A DNA stretch of 27,354 nt. Source: a virus (lineage: Duplodnaviria; Caudoviricetes). Both the position numbers and the translations under genes were made by a program. Shown here piece after piece: positions 1-5,537 of the stretch (the first letter of the stretch is position 1; the number at the start of each line of letters is the position of its first letter). The stretch is from the IMG/VR virus record IMGVR_UViG_3300031689_000043, positions 1-27,354 of that record; one strand, given 5' to 3'. The notes under the pieces were generated by a model. That model saw only the letters and a program-made list of their open reading frames with translations, made no database searches and had not been told where the DNA came from.

Positions 1-88
1 TACTATATAGATATTAATAGGCTATTGTCACTATGTAAAATTTCTTTGTTCATGTGTTAATTATTTTATATAATAAAATATTATTAGT

Positions 89-304
89 TTAATAAGACAT
101 ATTTTTAAGTCTACGGCTGTATTTACGTATCCGCATTGCTTTACGCTTAAGTTCAGCTTCATCTAAATGCCTATCGTTTCTTGTAGATTCCAATATATCA
201 TCTATTATGTCTTGTCTAAGAGTGTATATTTCATTCCAAAGATAAGCCTTATGATCTCTTTTTCTGGAGCAAATTATTCTGTGATTTCCGAACTTTATTG
301 TCAT
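89..304 (-). CDS. hypothetical phage protein (71 aa, basic)
   Basis: ORF track; co-oriented with the minus-strand module; no recognisable motif. Confidence 0.6.
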   Translation of the reverse strand: MTIKFGNHRIICSRKRDHKAYLWNEIYTLRQDIIDDILESTRNDRHLDEAELKRKAMRIRKYSRRLKNMSY

Positions 305-357
305 CTTTTCTTTTACGTTTAAGGTTAATATTAAATAGGTTTGTTTCAGTAATGTGT

Positions 358-477
358 TTAAATAGTTTTACGCTCATTTGTTTTTGTTTTATTACATTTA
401 CCACAGGTTTCTTTATATCCTGCGTTTAAAGCTCCACATGCACAGTTCCATGTGCTATCTACTAACGGTTTATTCAT
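358..477 (-). CDS. small zinc-ribbon protein, RanBP2-like (39 aa)
   Basis: Manual translation MNKPLVDSTWNCACGALNAGYKETCGKCNKTKTNERKTI; W-x-C-x-C-x3-N-x6-C-x2-C pattern; start overlaps the ligase stop. Confidence 0.6.
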   Translation of the reverse strand: MNKPLVDSTWNCACGALNAGYKETCGKCNKTKTNERKTI

Positions 478-1312
478 AGTTACGTATAGCTTTGAATAGC
501 GGGTGACGATAAGAACCTGCTGGAGTTTTTTGGAAGAAAGTGAACGTTGCTACTTTGCCGACATAATCATTAGCGTTGGCAAACATAGTACGCATGATGT
601 CATAATTTTCCATGACAGGCATGCCAAAAGTAATACCATTGCTATCAATAGCCATGAATTTGCCAATAGTACCGCTTCGCTTACCTTTTCCTTCGACGAA
701 GCCAGTGATTGTTGCTTCTGTGTCTTGGAAAGCTTTGAACTTGAGTAAGTTGTTTGATCGTTTGTTTTCATAAGGTAAGTTTGTACGCAGTATAGAGCCT
801 TCGTAGCCTGCTTTTAAGTTTTGGTTATTGAATATAGTAGCTAAGCCTTTGTTAGGTGTTAGCGTGGTTGGTACAGTATGCACTTGAGGCAAACCTTTAG
901 CCATAGTACGTATGCATCTGTTGCGGTAGTCGTACGAGTGACTGTTAGTTGTTTGGATATAATCATAGCAATGGAACTGAATAAGAGTTTGATCTTTAGT
1001 AGCACGCTGAGTACGTACAAGAGATATAATCTTATTGAAGTTATTTTTGAATTCATGATTGTATAGCTCGCCATCGAGCACAACAGTTGGGTTGGCAACG
1101 AAGAAAGGTTTTAGCTGACGACGTAAGTGCTGTACGTTTTTGAACTTTTTACCGCTGCGACTGTATGCGCCTTGCTTTGTGAACAAGCAGCGTACGCCGT
1201 CAAGCTTAGGTTGTAAGAACATAGTTTGATTCCAGTTGATAGCTTTTTTTTGTTGTGCGAATGCAAGCATTGCAAATTTACCTTGTTTAATTAAATCCGT
1301 CATATTCATCAT
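470..1312 (-). CDS. lig: ATP-dependent DNA ligase (minimal nucleotidyltransferase plus OB domain)
   Basis: Motif I QPKLDGVR (KxDG), motif III LDGELY, motif IV EGSILR, motif V LLKFK, C-terminal RHPLF; the true start may be 1303. Confidence 0.93.
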   Translation of the reverse strand: MMNMTDLIKQGKFAMLAFAQQKKAINWNQTMFLQPKLDGVRCLFTKQGAYSRSGKKFKNVQHLRRQLKPFFVANPTVVLDGELYNHEFKNNFNKIISLVRTQRATKDQTLIQFHCYDYIQTTNSHSYDYRNRCIRTMAKGLPQVHTVPTTLTPNKGLATIFNNQNLKAGYEGSILRTNLPYENKRSNNLLKFKAFQDTEATITGFVEGKGKRSGTIGKFMAIDSNGITFGMPVMENYDIMRTMFANANDYVGKVATFTFFQKTPAGSYRHPLFKAIRNYE

Positions 1313-1574
1313 TTAGTTTTTGTATTTTTCTTTTTATTATGTGTGCTTTTTCGAAAGCTTCTTCTTGTATGTATCTATCTAGTAGGCTTTGCAACCTTAT
1401 AAGTTCTAGCTCTATTGATTGTCTTGCTAGATCTTCTGTATCATTGATCATTAAGTCATCTGGGTTTTCTTTGCCATCGAAGACTAGATGAACTTCTGAT
1501 GATATATTGAATATAGCTTTGATAACTTTAGTAGCTACACGCACTGCTAGATCATCCATTTGTTTGTCTGTCAT
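1287..1574 (-). CDS. hypothetical protein with a UvrB/UvrC-like C-terminal coiled motif
   Basis: ORF track; C-terminus LDRYIQEEAFEKAHIIKRKIQKL resembles the UVR motif (E.FE.A..I...I); starts just after repeat copy 1. Confidence 0.7.
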   Translation of the reverse strand: MTDKQMDDLAVRVATKVIKAIFNISSEVHLVFDGKENPDDLMINDTEDLARQSIELELIRLQSLLDRYIQEEAFEKAHIIKRKIQKLNDEYDGFN

Positions 1575-1577
1575 ATA

Positions 1578-1609
1578 TATTATCCTTTATTGTTCGTATT
1601 TACTTTGTA
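1578..1609 (-). promoter_or_regulatory. bipartite repeat copy 1 (putative phage early promoter)
   Basis: Plus strand tattatcc-N8-tcgtatttactttgta; one of six copies with an invariant 8-nt spacer length. Confidence 0.75.
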
Positions 1610-1749
1610 TGTTGATTAAGAATATGTAGCATTATCTGCTTAGCTGAACCTTGAACAGCTTCATTAGAACCTTGTTCGTTAATATAGTTTAGCGTGTATG
1701 AATAAGGCTTATAAGGCCTTTTAGGTGGATTGTATTTATTTTCTGCCAT
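1600..1749 (-). CDS. hypothetical protein (49 aa, MAENKYNPPK...NQHTK)
   Basis: The ORF track start at 1809 lies inside tRNA-Gln, so the ATG at 1749 is preferred; stop codon lies inside repeat copy 1. Confidence 0.6.
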   Translation of the reverse strand: MAENKYNPPKRPYKPYSYTLNYINEQGSNEAVQGSAKQIMLHILNQHTK

Positions 1750-1769
1750 AGTATATAGTTTAATGTTAG

Positions 1770-1842
1770 TTGGTCTACTAGGGCTCGAACCTAGACTCTT
1801 CTGGACCAAAACCAGACGTGTTACCGGTTACACCATAGACCA
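1770..1842 (-). tRNA. tRNA-Gln (TTG)
   Basis: Acceptor TGGTCTA/TAGACCA, D arm GTGT/ACAC, anticodon arm TCTGG-TT TTG GT-CCAGA, T arm CTAGG-TTCGAGC-CCTAG; CCA not encoded. Confidence 0.95.
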
Positions 1843-1849
1843 ATTTAAA

Positions 1850-2068
1850 TTAGTAAATCTGACAGACTTCGTCTTGTTCGTTTAAAAAAGCTATATGATT
1901 CCATAGCTCTAAATCACGTTCTTTAAAACTTATTTGCCCATCAATCATATCTTGAGTATAAGCAAAGTAAGGGATTGTCTCGTCTAAAGATTTAATCTCT
2001 ATCTTTAATGTTGCTATCATTGCAAATGCTTTGTTGTATATTCTGTCTTTTCTTTCTTGTTGTTTCAT
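1850..2068 (-). CDS. hypothetical protein (72 aa)
   Basis: ORF track; tight packing with neighbours. Confidence 0.65.
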   Translation of the reverse strand: MKQQERKDRIYNKAFAMIATLKIEIKSLDETIPYFAYTQDMIDGQISFKERDLELWNHIAFLNEQDEVCQIY

Positions 2069-2069
2069 A

Positions 2070-2156
2070 TTATTTTTCGTGTTGATCTATAAGTAGATTT
2101 GCTACTTCAATTGTTATTATATTATCGCTGTACAGTTGGAATATTAACTTTCTCAT
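2070..2156 (-). CDS. hypothetical mini-protein (28 aa, MRKLIFQLYSDNNITIEVANLLIDQHEK)
   Basis: Manual translation; ATGA overlap with the upstream gene and ends 1 nt before the next start. Confidence 0.5.
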   Translation of the reverse strand: MRKLIFQLYSDNIITIEVANLLIDQHEK

Positions 2157-2350
2157 TGTCCTATGTATGTTAAACCCTTGTGATTAAACCAAGATTTAAT
2201 ACCTGGAGTGTTTTCTACTTCGCCAAACTCGTTTATGTCTTCTACTGTAATATAAGCAAATGTAGGAGGTAGATCGCCGACTAAATAGCCTTTGTAAGAT
2301 TTACCATTAAGTTTGATTCTAGTTTTGTTTACTTTTTTTAGTTTGTTCAT
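2153..2350 (-). CDS. hypothetical protein (65 aa)
   Basis: ORF track; ATGA overlaps at both ends. Confidence 0.7.
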   Translation of the reverse strand: MNKLKKVNKTRIKLNGKSYKGYLVGDLPPTFAYITVEDINEFGEVENTPGIKSWFNHKGLTYIGQ

Positions 2351-2457
2351 TTTAATCCGTATTCGTTAATAAGTTTGTTTTTAGTAATGTTAAGCATTTT
2401 GCTTATCTCTGTCAAGCTCTTGTTATCGAGCAAGTATAATCGCCATGGTTCATTCAT
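2347..2457 (-). CDS. hypothetical mini-protein (36 aa, MNEPWRLYLLDNKSLTEISKMLNITKNKLINEYGLK; HTH-like segment)
   Basis: Manual translation; ATG abuts repeat copy 2; TGA overlaps the ATG at 2350. Confidence 0.5.
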   Translation of the reverse strand: MNEPWRLYLLDNKSLTEISKMLNITKNKLINEYGLK

Positions 2458-2488
2458 ATTATCCTATTGTTTTCGTATTTAGTTTGTA
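2457..2488 (-). promoter_or_regulatory. bipartite repeat copy 2
   Basis: tattatcc-N8-tcgtatttagtttgta, directly 3' of tRNA-Gly. Confidence 0.75.
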
Positions 2489-2493
2489 AGTTG

Positions 2494-2564
2494 AGCGAGA
2501 TACAGGAATCGAACCTGTTTGGTTGCCTTGGAAGGGCAATGCATAACCATTCTGCCAATCTCGC
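2494..2564 (-). tRNA. tRNA-Gly (TCC)
   Basis: Acceptor GCGAGAT/ATCTCGC with U73, anticodon arm TTGCC-CT TCC AA-GGCAA, T arm ACAGG-TTCGATT-CCTGT; CCA not encoded. Confidence 0.95.
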
Positions 2565-2569
2565 TTTAG

Positions 2570-2687
2570 GCGCAAGAGCGGGATTTGAACCCGCTAGATT
2601 ATAACCTAGCCTCTCTATGCTATTACGTAATTCACATATCGTGCATCATAAGCTATAACGTTTTACCTTTTATAAACTACCTTGCGC
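2570..2687 (-). ncRNA. tRNA-like RNA A (118 nt) with a His-type G-1:C73 acceptor and an expanded anticodon arm
   Basis: 8-bp acceptor GCGCAAGG/TCTTGCGC, TA at positions 8-9, D stem GTTT/AAAC with GG in the loop, stem TTATA/TATAA enclosing 50 nt instead of 7, T arm GCGGG-TTCAAAT-CCCGC; ends 5 nt before tRNA-Gly. Confidence 0.8.
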
Positions 2688-2701
2688 TGACGTTAATGTT
2701 T

Positions 2702-2803
2702 TTATTCCTCTTCATCTCTACAGTCTCCACAGATGTCGCAAAATTCATAATCTTCTACGCTCATATATTTACTGCAGAACTCACATGTATAATTAGTATC
2801 CAT
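2702..2803 (-). CDS. small Cys-rich acidic protein (33 aa, CxxC...CxxCxxC)
   Basis: Manual translation MDTNYTCEFCSKYMSVEDYEFCDICGDCRDEEE; fills the gap between ORF 2793-3149 and RNA A. Confidence 0.6.
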   Translation of the reverse strand: MDTNYTCEFCSKYMSVEDYEFCDICGDCRDEEE

Positions 2804-3149
2804 CATCGAAGCTGTCTTGTCTACCCCATTTACCTTCTTCGCTAGCTAGATACTCTGACCTTGCTTTGTCACGCTTTAAAGTTTTAGTGAAGTTCATTTC
2901 GTGATTAGTTATGTACTCAGCCATCTCTACACTGTCACATGATAGTGAAACGTAAGAGCTTTGAGAGCCGCTGTGTAAGACTAAAGTGTTCTTAGGACTA
3001 TTAGTATTGGCTTCTGAATAAAGCCCTTTAGAGCCTCTGTATAAGCTCCAACACTTATTACCGTTTTTACTGTTGTGATAAGCTGGCCACACGCCTGACA
3101 TTACGTCTTCAGCTATCATTTGATTCATTAAATTTCTTTTGATTCTCAT
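2793..3149 (-). CDS. hypothetical protein (118 aa)
   Basis: ORF track; starts 13 nt after repeat copy 3. Confidence 0.75.
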   Translation of the reverse strand: MRIKRNLMNQMIAEDVMSGVWPAYHNSKNGNKCWSLYRGSKGLYSEANTNSPKNTLVLHSGSQSSYVSLSCDSVEMAEYITNHEMNFTKTLKRDKARSEYLASEEGKWGRQDSFDDGY

Positions 3150-3162
3150 ATATTGTTTATTA

Positions 3163-3194
3163 TATTATCCACTTGTACTCGTATTTACTTTGTA
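3163..3194 (-). promoter_or_regulatory. bipartite repeat copy 3
   Basis: tattatcc-N8-tcgtatttactttgta. Confidence 0.75.
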
Positions 3195-3409
3195 AAAAGC
3201 TCTCTGTTTTTAGTATCATTAAAATTCCAGTGATTGCCTTTAGAGTGGGTTCTACGCGTTCTAGATTTAATTCTATCAACTTCCATAGACTGTTCAAACT
3301 CTTTTTGTGTAAAGCCTTGACAGTGATTGCCTTGACGATCTTTATTCCATTGAGCTACTTTGATTCGCTTGTTATCTATCATGTATTGTTTAAGTTCTGT
3401 CATATTCAT
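3185..3409 (-). CDS. hypothetical protein (74 aa, ends TK inside repeat copy 3)
   Basis: ORF track; stop TAA provided by the repeat. Confidence 0.7.
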   Translation of the reverse strand: MNMTELKQYMIDNKRIKVAQWNKDRQGNHCQGFTQKEFEQSMEVDRIKSRTRRTHSKGNHWNFNDTKNRELFTK

Positions 3410-3463
3410 ATTGTTCTGGTTTTTGGTTTGTTAAAAAAGTTACTGTGTCTTAGTTTAAATTTT

Positions 3464-3562
3464 CTACTCATATAAGTTTTCGTATTGTTGTTGTTGTAAG
3501 TAAATTTCTAGCTCTGCATCTAGTAGCATATTGTATTGCGCTATTATGTCTTCGTTTTTCAT
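3464..3562 (-). CDS. hypothetical mini-protein (32 aa, MKNEDIIAQYNMLLDAELEIYLQQQQYENLYE)
   Basis: Manual translation; starts 1 nt after the upstream stop. Confidence 0.45.
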   Translation of the reverse strand: MKNEDIIAQYNMLLDAELEIYLQQQQYENLYE

Positions 3563-3563
3563 A

Positions 3564-3725
3564 TTACTTGGTTAGATTTGATTTAAAATATTCTCTTGCT
3601 TCATCTAGTGTTTCTTTAGGAAAATGCTCTCTAAAGCCATTATAAATGTAATTTACTTTGCCATCTATGTTTAGTAGCTTGATCTTGTCTGTTCTGTCTA
3701 GTATTTCTATTTGTTTGTCTGTCAT
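3564..3725 (-). CDS. hypothetical protein (53 aa, MTDKQIEILDR...)
   Basis: ORF track gives 3564-3791; the ATG at 3725 directly follows the upstream stop at 3727 and is preferred. Confidence 0.6.
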   Translation of the reverse strand: MTDKQIEILDRTDKIKLLNIDGKVNYIYNGFREHFPKETLDEAREYFKSNLTK

Positions 3726-3726
3726 A

Positions 3727-3978
3727 TTATGCTGTGTATAAATCGTATAGTGCGCAAAATGCTGCTTGTTCGTAACTTTTAGCTTGACCAAATTCGTGTT
3801 CTTGAAATATGTCGTAATCTAAATCGTTTATAATTTGCTTACAAGTCGATGTATATATCACCATAGTGTCTATGACTTCATGTAAATAATCGTAATGATT
3901 ATCTTCGTTAACCTCATAATCGCTTAATGCTTCTTGCATTTGATGTAAGTACTCGTTTGGTGTTTGTATTTGATTCAT
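3727..3978 (-). CDS. hypothetical acidic protein (83 aa)
   Basis: ORF track; strongly D/E-rich; first gene after repeat copy 4. Confidence 0.75.
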   Translation of the reverse strand: MNQIQTPNEYLHQMQEALSDYEVNEDNHYDYLHEVIDTMVIYTSTCKQIINDLDYDIFQEHEFGQAKSYEQAAFCALYDLYTA

Positions 3979-3993
3979 ATTGTTTGTTTATTA

Positions 3994-4025
3994 TATTATC
4001 CGTTTATTATCGTATTTACTTTGTA
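3994..4025 (-). promoter_or_regulatory. bipartite repeat copy 4
   Basis: tattatcc-N8-tcgtatttactttgta. Confidence 0.75.
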
Positions 4026-4246
4026 AGTATGTGAGCAAAAAACTCTGATCTTACAACATCTGTATTAGTCCATTCATTAAATGGATTGAAAGATTCTAAG
4101 TAGAAATTAAAAAGATCTTCCTCATTTCCTTCAAGTACTAATGTATCTAATCCATCAGCGCTCGCATACGCAACTAATTTTACTTTGCGATCATATAATT
4201 GCTCGAGTGTGTTCTGTAAGTCTACAGTGTCTATTTCTATTTGCAT
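4016..4246 (-). CDS. hypothetical acidic protein (76 aa, ends TK inside repeat copy 4)
   Basis: ORF track; stop TAA provided by the repeat. Confidence 0.7.
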   Translation of the reverse strand: MQIEIDTVDLQNTLEQLYDRKVKLVAYASADGLDTLVLEGNEEDLFNFYLESFNPFNEWTNTDVVRSEFFAHILTK

Positions 4247-4328
4247 AATAATGTTTTTAATTCTTTTTGTAACTGTAATAATTGTTTTCTACTGGTTAAG
4301 CAAAATCTACTTCTTGTAGATAAATAAC

Positions 4329-4457
4329 CTATACGCTTGCGATATTCCTTTTCCATATTTTGATTTGTGTTAAGCATTCTTGTAAGCTAATCGTATCTAA
4401 GTTAAAACCTTTTTTTACTAAGTAGATTTCAAACTTCTTGTCGTAGATGTTATTCAT
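4329..4457 (-). CDS. hypothetical mini-protein (42 aa, MNNIYDKKFEIYLVKKG...)
   Basis: Manual translation; starts 3 nt after the upstream stop; a further 39-aa ORF (4237-4356) may follow. Confidence 0.45.
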   Translation of the reverse strand: MNNIYDKKFEIYLVKKGFNLDTISLQECLTQIKIWKRNIASV

Positions 4458-4460
4458 AAT

Positions 4461-4595
4461 TTACTTTTTTAAGTTGTGTAATAACAGTTTAATAACTGCT
4501 TTTTGTTCATCACTGCTACATGTATCATAGCCAAATTCGCCGAAGTGTACTTCTGCTAGACGATCCATTTCGCCTACAAATTCTATTGCATTCAT
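4461..4595 (-). CDS. hypothetical protein (44 aa, MNAIEFVGEMDRLAEVHFGEFGYDTC...)
   Basis: The ORF track start at 4643 lies inside RNA B; the ATG at 4595 with an A-rich leader is preferred. Confidence 0.6.
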   Translation of the reverse strand: MNAIEFVGEMDRLAEVHFGEFGYDTCSSDEQKAVIKLLLHNLKK

Positions 4596-4609
4596 ATTTA
4601 TAATTTTAG

Positions 4610-4717
4610 TTGAGTGAGAAAGAATCGAACTTTCTAGACACATCGACGGAACTATTTTTTATATGCAAGTTTCTCAAACTTACTAGCTATCGTGGTTTAC
4701 ACTAATCCATTCACTCA
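4610..4717 (-). ncRNA. tRNA-like RNA B (108 nt) with an expanded, branched anticodon arm
   Basis: Perfect 7-bp acceptor TGAGTGA/TCACTCA, T arm GAAAG-TTCGATT-CTTTC, weak D-like arm TGG..CCA, 49-nt central domain (CGAT/GTCG, AGCTA/TAGTT, hairpin GTAAGTTT/AAACTTGC); 3' trailer A-CTAA as in tRNA-Gln. Confidence 0.72.
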
Positions 4718-4770
4718 TTTTTCATTGATTAATATTGTAGAGGCAATCAATTTTATAAAACTCTCACTAG

Positions 4771-4802
4771 TATTATCCAGCTATACTCGTACTTACTTTG
4801 TA
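4771..4802 (-). promoter_or_regulatory. bipartite repeat copy 5
   Basis: tattatcc-N8-tcgtacttactttgta; followed by RNA B rather than by a start codon. Confidence 0.75.
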
Positions 4803-4949
4803 AAGCCATTCTTCTATAGTTTCATTGTAAAGCATTTCTATCTTACTAGCTTTCATTATAACTATTTCTTTAGCTATCTGCTTTTCGCTACCATAATAGC
4901 TTTCATTCATTTTCGCTAATTCTAGCTTAGCTAAGTTTTGTATAGTCAT
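4773..4949 (-). CDS. hypothetical protein (58 aa, MTIQNLAKLELAKMNESYYG...STSIAG)
   Basis: Manual translation; first ORF of the module; stops at the TAA of the GGATAA box in copy 5. Confidence 0.5.
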   Translation of the reverse strand: MTIQNLAKLELAKMNESYYGSEKQIAKEIVIMKASKIEMLYNETIEEWLYKVSTSIAG

Positions 4950-4994
4950 TGTAGTGATATTAGGTGTAAGAGCTTCGTTGCTTGCTTACATATA

Positions 4995-5026
4995 TATTAT
5001 CCATATGATATCGTATTTAGTTTGTA
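4995..5026 (-). promoter_or_regulatory. bipartite repeat copy 6 (most upstream)
   Basis: tattatcc-N8-tcgtatttagtttgta at the edge of the non-coding region. Confidence 0.75.
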
Positions 5027-5077
5027 TAAAGGTGTGTATATATTTAATTATAGAATAGTATTGAAGAGTATAACACT

Positions 5078-5105
5078 ATGACATAATGTCATGACACAGT
5101 GTCAT
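5078..5105. promoter_or_regulatory. two overlapping palindromes ATGACA-N3-TGTCAT (operator-like)
   Basis: ATGACATAATGTCAT at 5078-5092 and ATGACACAGTGTCAT at 5091-5105. Confidence 0.6.
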
Positions 5106-5394
5106 ATGATATATACTATAGATTAAGATGATAGTAGTGTAGTGTAGTATAGTTTAAACTAATAGTAGTAGTATAATGTAAAGTTATAGAACATATAACT
5201 ATATAAATATAAATTATAGTAGAGAAACCATGAATATATAGGGGGTATAACCATGAAAAGCCGAAACCTAAGGCGAAAAACATGAAAAAGATGGGGGGCT
5301 GGGGGAAAAGGAAACCATTCTGTAACTGGCTGACTACTAGTGATATAGAGGTATAAGACTTTACTTCCCTATAATAGCATGCCGGACATATAGG

Positions 5395-5440
5395 TAGTGA
5401 CAGTAGCCTATTAAGGTTACTAGTAAGGGGCTATTGTCAC
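5395..5440. repeat. inverted repeat GTGACAGTAGCC-N20-GGCTATTGTCAC; the arm recurs at 14-33
   Basis: Arms at 5397-5408 and 5429-5440 (11/12 match); 5395-5414 matches the reverse complement of 14-33 at 19/20. Confidence 0.8.
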
Positions 5441-5537
5441 CCCCTGTAGTAATTATTCGTACTAAGTTTGTAAGAATAGTAAAACACATGTAAAACATGT
5501 AAGTATATAGAGTATACGAACACATAAAATAATCAAT

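Noticed and set aside
3-53. 16-codon minus-strand ORF MNKEILHSDNSLLISI
   Set aside because: It is too short, overlaps the inverted-repeat element and has no supporting evidence.
503-1098. ORF-track ORFs 503-748, 550-771, 859-1098 and 878-1066
   Set aside because: They are shadow frames inside the DNA ligase gene.
3564-3575. ORF ending LTK as a seventh repeat copy
   Set aside because: The DNA is ACC AAG TAA TAT and lacks the TACGA-N8-GGATAATA part; at most a degenerate remnant.
2570-4717. tmRNA, selenocysteine tRNA or group I intron explanation for the tRNA-like RNAs
   Set aside because: There is no G3:U70 alanine identity or tag reading frame, the extra sequence is in the anticodon arm rather than the variable arm, and the inserts are far shorter than self-splicing introns.
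2585-4919. Plus-strand ORFs 2585-2845, 3173-3475 and 4692-4919
   Set aside because: They are antisense to the tRNA-like RNAs and packed minus-strand genes; their hydrophobic composition is expected from AT-rich antisense frames.
1578-5026. CRISPR array or integron attC interpretation of the six repeats
   Set aside because: Intervals are 0.2-0.9 kb and full of genes, the repeat has a variable central 8 nt, there is no attC-like palindrome, and no cas or integrase gene is in the window.
5463-5470. TAAGTTTG as a Bacteroidota -7 promoter box for the late genes
   Set aside because: It matches TAnnTTTG, but no properly spaced -33 TTTG is visible and it coincides with the half copy of the early repeat; left unassigned.
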